This document shows positions 18,001-26,048 of a stretch of 64,000 bases of DNA, piece by piece. The position numbers and the translations under genes are program-made. Source of the stretch: a bacterium. Lineage in GTDB: Bacteria > Bacteroidota > Rhodothermia > Balneolales > M1805. The DNA lies in contig SBGQ01000174.1 in NCBI GenBank assembly GCA_006226965.1, positions 27,919 to 91,918 on the forward strand. Reading direction: 5' to 3'. The notes under the pieces were generated by a model. It was given only the letters and a program-made list of their open reading frames with translations, was not told the DNA's origin and ran no database searches. The first letter of the stretch is position 1; the number at the start of each line of letters is the position of its first letter.

Positions 18001-21000
18001 TTGGGTATAAAACGTGTTCCAACTTCGCTTCCAGGACGAGTATGTATTTCGTAATTCGGAACTGGACCTCCCATTAAAAAACCAATCGAAGCAGACGAGG
18101 TTTTGGCAACAATGAATACTTCATAGTTATTGTTAATCAAACCTAAAGAATCAGTTAAAGGCAATTCCAAAAAGTCTGAAGAACCATCGAATCGAAGTAC
18201 AGATACGCCCGAATCTGTAACTCTTGTTGGACTATCAGCGACATTGATTTGATACGCTTTTGTTGCTTTACCAGATTGGTTCGACCAATTGCTAACCGCC
18301 TCACCTGAACTTGCAGTATAAGTTGCCTGATCTCCCGAAGCCCAAAATTTTAGTGACGGAAGACTGATGTGTTCCCGATAGGTAAATGTCACTATTTCAG
18401 ATTCGGTACTTCCGCCAACGTTTTCAGCAACAACTTTATAATAATATGTCGTATTTGCTGATATTCCTGAAAGTGCTATTTGAACGCTTTGTTCGGACGA
18501 TTGACTCCCAACTGCTTGTGCTGATGTACTCATGTTCAAATTATCATACGATGTTCCAAATACAACCTGTGCCGTTGTAGCGTAGCTATTTGGATTCACA
18601 AAAGCTATTACACTTGGCGTTGATGTATGGGTATTTTCAACCGAATACAAGGAAACGGCAGGTGGAATTACACTAGTCGTAGACTGGTTGGTTGATGCGG
18701 TTGAAGAAGTTCCATAAATCGGCAATCCTTCCATGAGATCGTATTCATATACATCGATAGTATATTCTGAACTAGCTGCTAGTCCGGTTAAGCTAACAGA
18801 CGTTCCAGTACCCTTTCCCACAACATAATTGCCGTTTCCAATATGTGATCCACTTCCAAAATTTGGATTGGCAGAATACGAAACACCTTCAGTAGGAGCT
18901 GTTTTTTGTGAACTACTAAGTCTGGCAACGATTAATCGTTCAGTCCCATTTCCTGCATCCATTGAAACCGAAAAACCGGTTGGTTGAATAGATGTGAAGG
19001 CGAGATTGGACGCTTCAATCGAAGGAATTGAGGGATTATATACAGAAACAGCATATCGGGTTGACAAGTATTGGGAAATTTCCATCCGTTGTTCCGCTGA
19101 TAGCGTAGATGCAAAAATCATTATCTCTGCAATTTGACCAATAAAATCTCTGGAACTATAGTGATTAATGCTTCCAAAGTATATTTCTGTACTAACTAGG
19201 GTTCCAGTATTCGCGTTTACTGCATAATCCCCATTATCAACCCGAATTGTTTTCGATGTTGAATTCCCTTTAAAGTGCATCACATGAGGATTCCCATCTG
19301 TGAATGCGTTTAGACTACCCGTATTCGCTCTATCATAATAACTTCCGGCTGACAATCCCGCTCCAACATTTGTACCTATTTCCAGTAAACTGTTGGTTGA
19401 TGTTGAAAGCAGATATTGTTGATTTGTATTGGTCGTTTTAAAAACGATAAAAATCTCTATATCCGTATTGATAACACCTAAGTCCGATGCACTTATTCTT
19501 AAATCGTTTGAGCCCGTAAATTCGAGTGCTGTTTTACCATTAACTGAAAGTGTTCGTGCTGGTGCTCCACTACCTAATTTTAGATCATGCACGTTACCAG
19601 ACATGTCTTTAAGAAAATTATTATTTGCTCCACCAAGTATATAATCCCCATAATCTGCTCGCCACCACGCTTTCATATCTGTGGTACTCATAGGAATAAA
19701 CATAAACACTTCGGACTCTACTGATCCTCGTAAGTTGGTGACTCTAACCTTTCCGTAATAAGTCTGACCTAATGTCAATCCTGTAACAGTAAGGGTATCA
19801 TTAAGATCTACTGCTCCGCTACCAACGGAATGACCGGCGGCTGTAGACCCAAAGGTGATATTATCGGTACCATATATAAAGTCTGCCGTAGTTTCCCATC
19901 CATTGGGATTCACGGCATAAACAAATGATCGCGTTGTTGCGGTTCCATCACCGTGCTCAACAGCCGATAAGGTTGGAAATGGGACAAGCGTTGTACTCTG
20001 CGAACCTACTGCCGGGCTTGTAGTTTTAAAACAAATTGTCCCGTTGTATTCATTGAATTCATACACCGCTACAAAGTAAGTAGTAGAATTTGATAAACCG
20101 GTAAGCGTAAACGAATTTCCATTGCCTTTATAGGCTACATAATTACCGCTTCCTAAATCTTGTCCGCTTCCAAAGCTCGAATTAGCAGAATAGTTTTGTC
20201 CATCGCCAGGAATTGCACTTACTGCTTGACCTTCTCTTACTATTACCAGACGATTTTGCCCATTTCCGGCAGTAAATGAAACAGTCATTTGATCTAATCC
20301 AACAGAAGAAAACTGCACGGCACTTGCAGAAGATGAGGGATATGTAATTCCTGAATTTACCGGAGGATTTACAACTTGATATTTTGGAACACCATTATAC
20401 ACTTCATATTCGTAAGCGGCTAAGTGATAAACGGAACTTGCTGCAAGCCCGTTTAGGCTAAAACTGCTTCCGTCTGATCCGGCATAAATCACATAATTTC
20501 CACTTCCAATTTCAGAGCCAGCTCCGAACGTTGCGTTTCCCGTGTACGAAACTCCATTTGATGGTGCTTGATTTACAGCACTTCCTGCGCGAGCTACAAC
20601 CAAACGATAGGTACCGTTTCCGGCAGAAACACCGCCTGTAAAAGCATTATCGGTTCTACTTATAATGCTTAATGAGCTAGCCTGAGTTAAATCTACTGTT
20701 GTTTGATTTCCTGAAACTGCACTTCCATATTGTGGAACGCCACCCACTAAATAGTATTCATAAACAGCAAAATGATAACTTGAATTAAACTCTAGTCCGC
20801 TTAATGCTGTTGATGTTCCATCTGTTCCGGCGTAAATAACGAAATTTCCATCACCTAAATTCGAACCGGCACCGAAAATTCCGCTTCCGGTGTAAGCAAC
20901 TCCATTAGTCGGCGCAACAGTAACAGATCCACCTTTACGCGCAACTACAACGCGATGTGTACCCGAACCTTTTGTTAAATTCACATTCATCGAACTCTTG

Positions 21001-21785
21001 GTTACACCTGTAAAATTGAACCCACTTGCCGGAGTTTGAGGTGCGCCATAAGCTGTAAACGGAGTCGAATATTTGTTTTTAAGATATTCCGAAACCTGCA
21101 TGCTTTCTGCATTGCTCAATTTTCGGTTATAGACAATAATTTCGGCTATATCCCCATCGAAACGATTAGAACCGTCGCTACGTGTCCCTAAATTAAATGC
21201 TACATCTATTGCATGGGTTCCATCACCCGCAGTAGTTGCAAAAACCCCGTCAACTCCCAATTGAATATTCGTTGTGGTTGCCACTGCATTTATTAAATGG
21301 AAAGCGCCATTATCTGCATCCGCCGGGTTATCTACAAATAAACCAGATTTTGCAATATAGCGAACCCCGCTAGCGCCATTATAATGAATCTCATTAAAGT
21401 TGATACCGCCGGCAAACGGAAATTGAACAGCAGAAGATGATGTTCGAGAAACTATAAATATTTCGTTTTCAGAATTTACTAAACCTAATGTTGAATGAGT
21501 CGGCAAATTCATATCCGTTGGCGCCGAAGGGTTAAATCTTACCGCAGGAATTCCGCCATCATTCACATATGTTGGTTGCCAATTCGTATTCGCTTCGGTT
21601 GCATGAAAACCATTTCCGCTTTGGTCATTCCATTGAGAAATTTTTTGGCCAGGTGTTGTAGTTGAAGTTCCTGCATCAGCTTTTAAATGAAGGCGCAATC
21701 CGCTTGTCGGAATTTGCGCAGTTGCATTTGGAGTAAATCCAAAAAAACTGATTAAAGCCAATAAAAGTGTGACGGTAGTTTTCAT
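12087..21785 (-). CDS. Giant secreted T9SS cargo protein (3232 aa): about 7 LamG-like domains, many FN3-like repeats, Gly-rich Pmp-type beta-helix region, conserved C-terminal module, T9SS CTD
   Basis: Signal peptide (NATA|Q). The signature DGDIAE(I/V)I(V/I)YN recurs. About 100-aa FN3-like units ending in VYEY/VFEY recur. GGA(I/V)F / FxxN motifs lie in a Gly-rich block at about nt 16680-17710. The CTD is nearly identical to that of the 1523-aa protein. Confidence 0.85.
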   Translation of the reverse strand: MKTTVTLLLALISFFGFTPNATAQIPTSGLRLHLKADAGTSTTTPGQKISQWNDQSGNGFHATEANTNWQPTYVNDGGIPAVRFNPSAPTDMNLPTHSTLGLVNSENEIFIVSRTSSSAVQFPFAGGINFNEIHYNGASGVRYIAKSGLFVDNPADADNGAFHLINAVATTTNIQLGVDGVFATTAGDGTHAIDVAFNLGTRSDGSNRFDGDIAEIIVYNRKLSNAESMQVSEYLKNKYSTPFTAYGAPQTPASGFNFTGVTKSSMNVNLTKGSGTHRVVVARKGGSVTVAPTNGVAYTGSGIFGAGSNLGDGNFVIYAGTDGTSTALSGLEFNSSYHFAVYEYYLVGGVPQYGSAVSGNQTTVDLTQASSLSIISRTDNAFTGGVSAGNGTYRLVVARAGSAVNQAPSNGVSYTGNATFGAGSEIGSGNYVIYAGSDGSSFSLNGLAASSVYHLAAYEYEVYNGVPKYQVVNPPVNSGITYPSSSASAVQFSSVGLDQMTVSFTAGNGQNRLVIVREGQAVSAIPGDGQNYSANSSFGSGQDLGSGNYVAYKGNGNSFTLTGLSNSTTYFVAVYEFNEYNGTICFKTTSPAVGSQSTTLVPFPTLSAVEHGDGTATTRSFVYAVNPNGWETTADFIYGTDNITFGSTAAGHSVGSGAVDLNDTLTVTGLTLGQTYYGKVRVTNLRGSVESEVFMFIPMSTTDMKAWWRADYGDYILGGANNNFLKDMSGNVHDLKLGSGAPARTLSVNGKTALEFTGSNDLRISASDLGVINTDIEIFIVFKTTNTNQQYLLSTSTNSLLEIGTNVGAGLSAGSYYDRANTGSLNAFTDGNPHVMHFKGNSTSKTIRVDNGDYAVNANTGTLVSTEIYFGSINHYSSRDFIGQIAEIMIFASTLSAEQRMEISQYLSTRYAVSVYNPSIPSIEASNLAFTSIQPTGFSVSMDAGNGTERLIVARLSSSQKTAPTEGVSYSANPNFGSGSHIGNGNYVVGKGTGTSVSLTGLAASSEYTIDVYEYDLMEGLPIYGTSSTASTNQSTTSVIPPAVSLYSVENTHTSTPSVIAFVNPNSYATTAQVVFGTSYDNLNMSTSAQAVGSQSSEQSVQIALSGISANTTYYYKVVAENVGGSTESEIVTFTYREHISLPSLKFWASGDQATYTASSGEAVSNWSNQSGKATKAYQINVADSPTRVTDSGVSVLRFDGSSDFLELPLTDSLGLINNNYEVFIVAKTSSASIGFLMGGPVPNYEIHTRPGSEVGTRFIPKSGYYIDNPINSTDGEFHIINAKATSSSGGLRIDGNSVTGNSNALVNASGNLILGARRDGTYYFDGDIAEVLIYNAELTELELAHVEHYLAAKYAVTLPYYFVTNTLDDNVGSGQYGSLRYVLNTINTAAPEATTVVDMSKISGTITLTSDLPAINYDMQINGPGSGSLTISGNNLYRPFFIGSGLTPFTPEIPAAPTVTMQGLAVTNGYGKGGNAYSIGGGGAGMGAAIFVNDGNVTLNNMLFEDNTVQGGASYSAGGGSGQGGGFASDALNSNGGYSGYLGGNPGVELGESGGVGAGGNSGRPNGGHGGFAAGGGSGAVVTQQSDPINGGNGGFGGGGGAAAEPNGIWLERTPGVSAFGGGSATYSGSTNYGGGGAGMGGAVFNRSGQVFIQNSVFNRNTAIGGIGGQNTEINNGKSYGGAIFNANGVVILSNNTFGTAANANVASNEADFYDYSDIASSLITVSDESNISETSFDLHAQFESFGLSGTYRVIYGANASNLSSVTSSQNFDGSIAQITVNETINSVDLTNFLFYKIEVSFAQGVYTSDLRRIMHDESVPSDSLKLWLSAGRGLTISTGSSVAAWLDGTSIENDFVQTGIPNQPVVVQEGINSQPVIRFNGINQYLASLNPENLGITDSDYELFIVLKSASDAIQFVWSAGVGHKEIQLNGSSGVRFISTGDKYVDAGSSTQYTDGTARIINVQSTDALGSIRVNNELVGLLNSSTRSANVSDPILGTRTGGSFYYDGDIAEVIVYNKALDISTRNTINAYLSGKYAIDLVNVSEPTIQASSPQVISKTTNSLGFSVHKGNGSKRFVLAKATTAVDAVPVDGNIYSPNSVFGSGEQLGTGNYAIPVVSDSTIYLTGLTPGTTYNIAVFEYNGVYEKDYLTTTPLTFSTKTLTSVPTNSASSAIAIGGADEGVRIAHNPEFIVDKFTLELWFNPTAGVTDVPFLTAMDGEELEIHLINSNKSIRFIPTVGVYLDSPANVFEFGKWNHIAVSYNPDESFARMVINGNEVALTNNGSNPLTTALRNTGLDLLLGARKSYALCFEGQIDEFRFWNDIRTVEEIRSGMFTNISSGFENLLVNLQFNEGSGTTTVDPISGTNAVLENMEFNGTNGWRDSAIPFGQGDYAAFTDLTSGSLNASDLNITITEDFDNTVSVLTKRFTVEPNLIPSGNTINLNNQYWVVYEAGNAGAYKASLTFTVPESLMKFGEVHPTQFTLYRRDFGSVGNWQEIRSSANSTTSNTVTFDTLSQFGQFMIARDFTVGFDDFAGSSILFDGTNDFLSIPYNSAFTINKLTMEFWFKWSHSGSAVEFVVSRGSEEWEVHLGMGSNGIRFIPRYGVYIDTPAEAFTPGEWTHFAAVYDPSQSLGKIYINGVDATGATSGSLAQAIMVTNNPVNIGRRQVSQNLHFAGEIDEFRIWNSARTQQEISDNKNSSLSDDYYPDLVAYFQFNEGGGTLTSENQNDLSASMSNFNYDSGSNWKNSTIPMNQTISNELTFTGTEGWRLVSTPVVDSTYASFFDGIWTQGFTGATVPNGFSNVYTWPINGSDRDSTNWVPLSNAASSFQRGSGALVYVFSDDNGSEVEGDAGFPKTLQIDGFTPYGDVNLNSLLNPNAGGWTLLGNPFNTNIDWDLVNKTNVTEAVYVWDNSASTWKTWNGSVGTLSDGIIGSFNGFFVETSASSPTLSISETAKVTSDAIFLGKANTSSQNESNTKEIVALSLQVKNNQGLENESWIEFSNEGLLNKDRFDAIKLVPLTSEYVQVSTQLENGKLLDINTLPLEFSQLDIPVHVNSTFNGTHQLSLQAPSVPEHWTIRWFDTQSGVEYAMDDVITFDYAVSVKKSQSENSNKPEIQSQSTSESRFILRIKNNLVSSIENEIPTEFGLSQNYPNPFNPSTTIKFSLPKADQVSLEIYDVTGRLVQTLVNGMRNAGYHQVQFNASGLASGLYFYRLSSKQGVVTKKLMLIK

Positions 21786-21840
21786 AGTATCTCAAACATT
21801 GGGTTCTTAACGCTCCACGAAGCTACCGATAAGCATCCGC

Positions 21841-21876
21841 GCAGACGTGTCAATTATCTGCGTATTTGTGTCAAAA
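21841..21876 (-). promoter_or_regulatory. Conserved upstream motif of the giant genes, copy 2 (sense: TTTTGACACAAATACGCAGATAATTGACACGTCTGC)
   Basis: Same sequence and same 61-nt distance to the ATG as the copy at 6873-6909. The leader end CCCAAT(T)GTTTGAGATACTATG is also shared. Confidence 0.4.
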
Positions 21877-21933
21877 GCACTCGTACCTTGACATAAATAT
21901 ATTTTTAAAAATATATCACCATTTTTTTGCGTG

Positions 21934-24900
21934 TTATTTCCCGGCAATAGGGTGTTCGCCAAACCGTTCCTGATACATTTTTCTAAAGCTGGTTGCACTT
22001 TTGTAACCCACCATATTTGCCAGTTCTTCTAAGCGAATGGTTTTATTTTTTGATACCAAATCTCGTGCTTTGGTTAAACGAACTTCGCGTATAAATTCTG
22101 CCGGAGACATCCCTGTTTCTATCTGCAAACTTCTGTAAAACGTACTTCTACTCATGGCAAAAGTTGTGGCAATGGTATCAACCGAGAGTGTTGTGTCTTT
22201 GATATTTTCTGAAATAAACACAGCAACTTTCTCTGCAAAATCGGTGGTTTCATTTAGCTCGTCTTCAGTGAGTTTAATCTTCAGAACATTCTTATTCTGA
22301 TAGTACTTCAACAAGTTTTGCGTTTTTAGAACCAATTGCTCTGCTGAAAACGGCTTGGTGATATAATCAACTACACCGATTCGTAACAACTTAGTGCGTT
22401 CATCATCCAGAGCTTTAGCGGTTAACACAACCACCGGAATGTCTTTCCATTTTTCATGTTCCGATAAAATCTGAATCAACTCAGTTCCATTCATTTCCGG
22501 CATCATTAGATCGGTTATGATGATATCCGGTTTTATTGTTTCTAACTTTTCTATTGCTTCACGACCATTTTTTGCCCATTCAATTGAACCAACCTGTTCA
22601 AGTATCGAACTAATGTAGTGCTTCAAGTCGTCGTTATCTTCAACCAATAAAACATTAACATCTTTAAGAGTAACAGGCTTCGTTTGCTTCGCTTCTTTCC
22701 CTCTTTCCAAGAAATGTATTTGTTCGCTGATTCGATACACTTCACCCGAGTTCGTTGAAATCGGCAGCTTTAATTCAAAAACGGAACCTTTCGGGTGATT
22801 CGCTTCCACTGTAATATCACCGGCATGCATTCTCGCTAAGGTTCGGCTCAACTCCAAGCCAACTCCCATTCCTTCCACATATTCGCCGTCAGGCTGAGAA
22901 ATGCGGTGAAAACGCTCAAATATGGATTCCCGTTTTTCTTCAGGAATTCCAAGTCCATTATCAGCTATGCTGAATACAAAGTAGCCATTTCGCTGAAAGG
23001 TTTTTATGATAATGTTCCCGCCGTCCGGTGTGTATTTAATGGCATTGGAAATCAGATTGTTTATCATGATTTCTGTGTTCGACTGATCTATTTCAATCAC
23101 AATATCTTCGTCGCTTGGCTCATAAATAAATGTATGACCATGATACTCTGCCAACGAACGAAACGATTCCACACAGAGATTCACCAAATCAGAAGCCACA
23201 ATATTTTTTTTGTTTAGGATAAGTTCATGATGATCGGCTTTGGTGAGTTCAATAATCTGATTCACCATATCATGAAGCCGCAACATATTCCGTTTTGCCA
23301 TCCATAAATCGTATCGAGTGCGTTCGTTTGGCAACTCGTCTTTATCGAGAATTTTTGTAATTACCCCTTCGCTAATCGTTAACGGTGTTCTGAATTCGTG
23401 TGATACATTGGCAAAAAATCGTTTTTGAAACTCATTGGCTTGTTTCAGTTTTTTCGTTCTATCTAGAACTTCATGTTCCAATTCATCTTGACGTTTCAAT
23501 AATTGACGTTCACGCAAACTCACAAATCCCCATAATCCACCGAAACCAATCAACATATACATTGCATATGCCCATAACGTTCTGTACCAAGGCGGTAACA
23601 CTCTAAACGAAAATGATGCTAATTCTGAATCTTTTGGATATAAAGATCCGCCCTTCACTTTAAAGGTATAGTTCCCTTCGGCCAAATTGGTGTAATCGCG
23701 ATAGCGTTCACTAGTCCAATCAGACCAATCTTTGTCTAAGCCCTCCAATTTAATTTGATAGTACAATCGGTCTTCGGGCAAGAACGCAATCATGCCATAA
23801 TTAAATCGAATTTTTTGATGCTCATATGTAATCGGAGTCTCTAATTCACTAGATGACAAACCTCTTGGCTGGAGTAAAATCGAATCTTTGTTTAAAACAA
23901 CGGAATTGATGTGTGCTTTAAACTCCGGCAAAGGCTTTGTTCTTAAAGTGGAATCAAAATAAGCTAGTTTTTGAGCGTAGGTTTGTAAGTAAACTCGGTT
24001 TTTATCACTTGGAAGAATAAAGTCGATGTCACGATAGGGTGCTGTTCGTGTGAATTCACCATCGTACCAATCAAATACCTTGCTTTGGGGATTATACACC
24101 GCTTTACCAATATGTGCGGCAGCCCATGCTAACCAAATTCCTCCATTTTTATCTTGAGTGACCGGCCAAACGGACTTATCCTGCAGTTTGAAAATCTCTG
24201 CAAAACGATCATCAATTACGATAGAATCCCGATTTTCAGTTAACCGATAAAATCCATTAGAAGTTATAAATCCTACATCATTACCAACCTCCATGGTATA
24301 ATTAAACCCATTGGTGGGGAGCCCATTAGCTGTTGTAAACTGACGAATTTTCTTAATGGAAATGATTTCGTTATTCGTTTGTTCACTTACAAAATGAAAA
24401 TCCCCTTTTGAACCGGTTCCTATCCATAAATCCCCATTACGATCTTCGTGGAGTGTGTACGATCTGGGTGTGTGATCAGCTAATTTAGTCTCTTTGTACT
24501 GGGTAGGTGATTCCAACACCAATTTCCGAAGTGAATGTTCAAAATGAGAAAAATAAACCACATTGGGATGTTCTCTATCCACAAGCACCATATCAACAAT
24601 TCCTTCTGTATAGAGGGGATAAAACCGGCCTGTTGTATCCAACAAAAACAAACCCTTCATTCCACCCACAAGCAATCCAAACTTGGTTTTTTTTAAGGTA
24701 TATACACGTTGATCCGTAAAAATTTGCTTAAAACGTCCATTTTCCCACACATACATCCCATTAAACCCTCCCAAATACAAATTACCATTGAATTCTTGCG
24801 AAAATCCTGTTTGCTCCGGAAGTCCTTGTGATGGTAAAAACTCACGCATGCCACGTCCAAACTCAAGAACACTTACCCCATTCAAACTGCTTACCCATAC

Positions 24901-25836
24901 ATTCCAATCTTTATCCTGATAGAGTTTTATTAAAAAATTATTGCACAATCCATCTGACTCATAAATTGTGTATAGGTAGCTTCCTTTCTGATCAAATATG
25001 TACAAACCGTTCGATGTAGCAATTACTAAGTAACCCGAGTCGGTCCATAAAAAGTCGTGCACCGATACAGGTACATTTTTTAGTGTAGCGGATACATCAG
25101 CTACTAAACTCCATTGTTCTTCTTCTCCAAACTCCCATAATTTGAAACTCCTATCCCACACCATTAATCGATTAGTTGATGATTTCATGAGATGAGCGTC
25201 TTTAATCTGCTTTGGTAAGACAAGCTTTTTTGAAGCTTCCTTAGAAGTAAAAAGCAAGGAGCCGTCCTCTTGCAAACTCACGATTTCATCACGCCAAAGA
25301 GCAACTGAAATTACTGGCGTATCGTTGTGCTTCCATGTTAAGCTATGCTCTTTATGGGAATAGGTGTACCACAATTTTTTAGATATAAAGTGAATATCAT
25401 CATTAAATAGATAGGTAAATTCAACATCCTTAATTTGTAAAACTGAATCAGCAAGTAGATAAGCCAAAGACTGATAAGAACGTCTCAACAAAGAATCTTT
25501 ACGCAGTACACCAAAATCAAACTGTCCGCCAACATAAATATCGCCATCCGGATGATTTGCAAATGAAAGTGCAGGTGAATTCCCCTCCATACGCATATTT
25601 CTCCATGACAATCCATCAGACTCTTGGATTCCATATCGCGTATTTCCAAAGTACAGTAAGCCGTCATCAGCTCGGAAAATACCATAAGTCTGACGCGAAC
25701 CCACAAAATCACCTCGGCGATAGGTTTGCATAAAAGGGAACCCTTCTGGTGGACTCTGTTGCGCATCTACCTGTTGAAAGGTGAGCAAGAAGGTTAAAAT
25801 GAACGTATATACATAACAAAAACTCATGAATAACAA
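21934..25836 (-). CDS. Hybrid two-component system sensor kinase/response regulator with AraC-type HTH output (Bacteroides HTCS architecture)
   Basis: Signal/TM segment, then a periplasmic beta-propeller-like region with a Y_Y_Y-like segment (YYQIKLEGLDKDWSDW), then a TM segment. H-box FFANVSHEFRTPLT. HATPase motifs DNGLGIPEE and GMGVGLELS. Receiver motifs VLLVEDNDD...DLMMPEMNG...LTAK. C-terminal AraC HTH. Confidence 0.9.
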   Translation of the reverse strand: MLFMSFCYVYTFILTFLLTFQQVDAQQSPPEGFPFMQTYRRGDFVGSRQTYGIFRADDGLLYFGNTRYGIQESDGLSWRNMRMEGNSPALSFANHPDGDIYVGGQFDFGVLRKDSLLRRSYQSLAYLLADSVLQIKDVEFTYLFNDDIHFISKKLWYTYSHKEHSLTWKHNDTPVISVALWRDEIVSLQEDGSLLFTSKEASKKLVLPKQIKDAHLMKSSTNRLMVWDRSFKLWEFGEEEQWSLVADVSATLKNVPVSVHDFLWTDSGYLVIATSNGLYIFDQKGSYLYTIYESDGLCNNFLIKLYQDKDWNVWVSSLNGVSVLEFGRGMREFLPSQGLPEQTGFSQEFNGNLYLGGFNGMYVWENGRFKQIFTDQRVYTLKKTKFGLLVGGMKGLFLLDTTGRFYPLYTEGIVDMVLVDREHPNVVYFSHFEHSLRKLVLESPTQYKETKLADHTPRSYTLHEDRNGDLWIGTGSKGDFHFVSEQTNNEIISIKKIRQFTTANGLPTNGFNYTMEVGNDVGFITSNGFYRLTENRDSIVIDDRFAEIFKLQDKSVWPVTQDKNGGIWLAWAAAHIGKAVYNPQSKVFDWYDGEFTRTAPYRDIDFILPSDKNRVYLQTYAQKLAYFDSTLRTKPLPEFKAHINSVVLNKDSILLQPRGLSSSELETPITYEHQKIRFNYGMIAFLPEDRLYYQIKLEGLDKDWSDWTSERYRDYTNLAEGNYTFKVKGGSLYPKDSELASFSFRVLPPWYRTLWAYAMYMLIGFGGLWGFVSLRERQLLKRQDELEHEVLDRTKKLKQANEFQKRFFANVSHEFRTPLTISEGVITKILDKDELPNERTRYDLWMAKRNMLRLHDMVNQIIELTKADHHELILNKKNIVASDLVNLCVESFRSLAEYHGHTFIYEPSDEDIVIEIDQSNTEIMINNLISNAIKYTPDGGNIIIKTFQRNGYFVFSIADNGLGIPEEKRESIFERFHRISQPDGEYVEGMGVGLELSRTLARMHAGDITVEANHPKGSVFELKLPISTNSGEVYRISEQIHFLERGKEAKQTKPVTLKDVNVLLVEDNDDLKHYISSILEQVGSIEWAKNGREAIEKLETIKPDIIITDLMMPEMNGTELIQILSEHEKWKDIPVVVLTAKALDDERTKLLRIGVVDYITKPFSAEQLVLKTQNLLKYYQNKNVLKIKLTEDELNETTDFAEKVAVFISENIKDTTLSVDTIATTFAMSRSTFYRSLQIETGMSPAEFIREVRLTKARDLVSKNKTIRLEELANMVGYKSATSFRKMYQERFGEHPIAGK

Positions 25837-26048
25837 ATAAGTCTACTAATTCAATTTTATATGGATATGAAAGCTTCCGAATTAAAATAGCAACTCTCAT
25901 TAAACTTTAGAACACACCGGAAAATTAGCTTAATCGATTGGAGCCCTTCAGCATTGTCAAACTTGTTAAACTCAATAGAAAAATAGGAGGCCTTGCTTAT
26001 TGTTTATGTAGCGGTTTACTTCATGTTTATACCTACCTTGTTTGAAAA

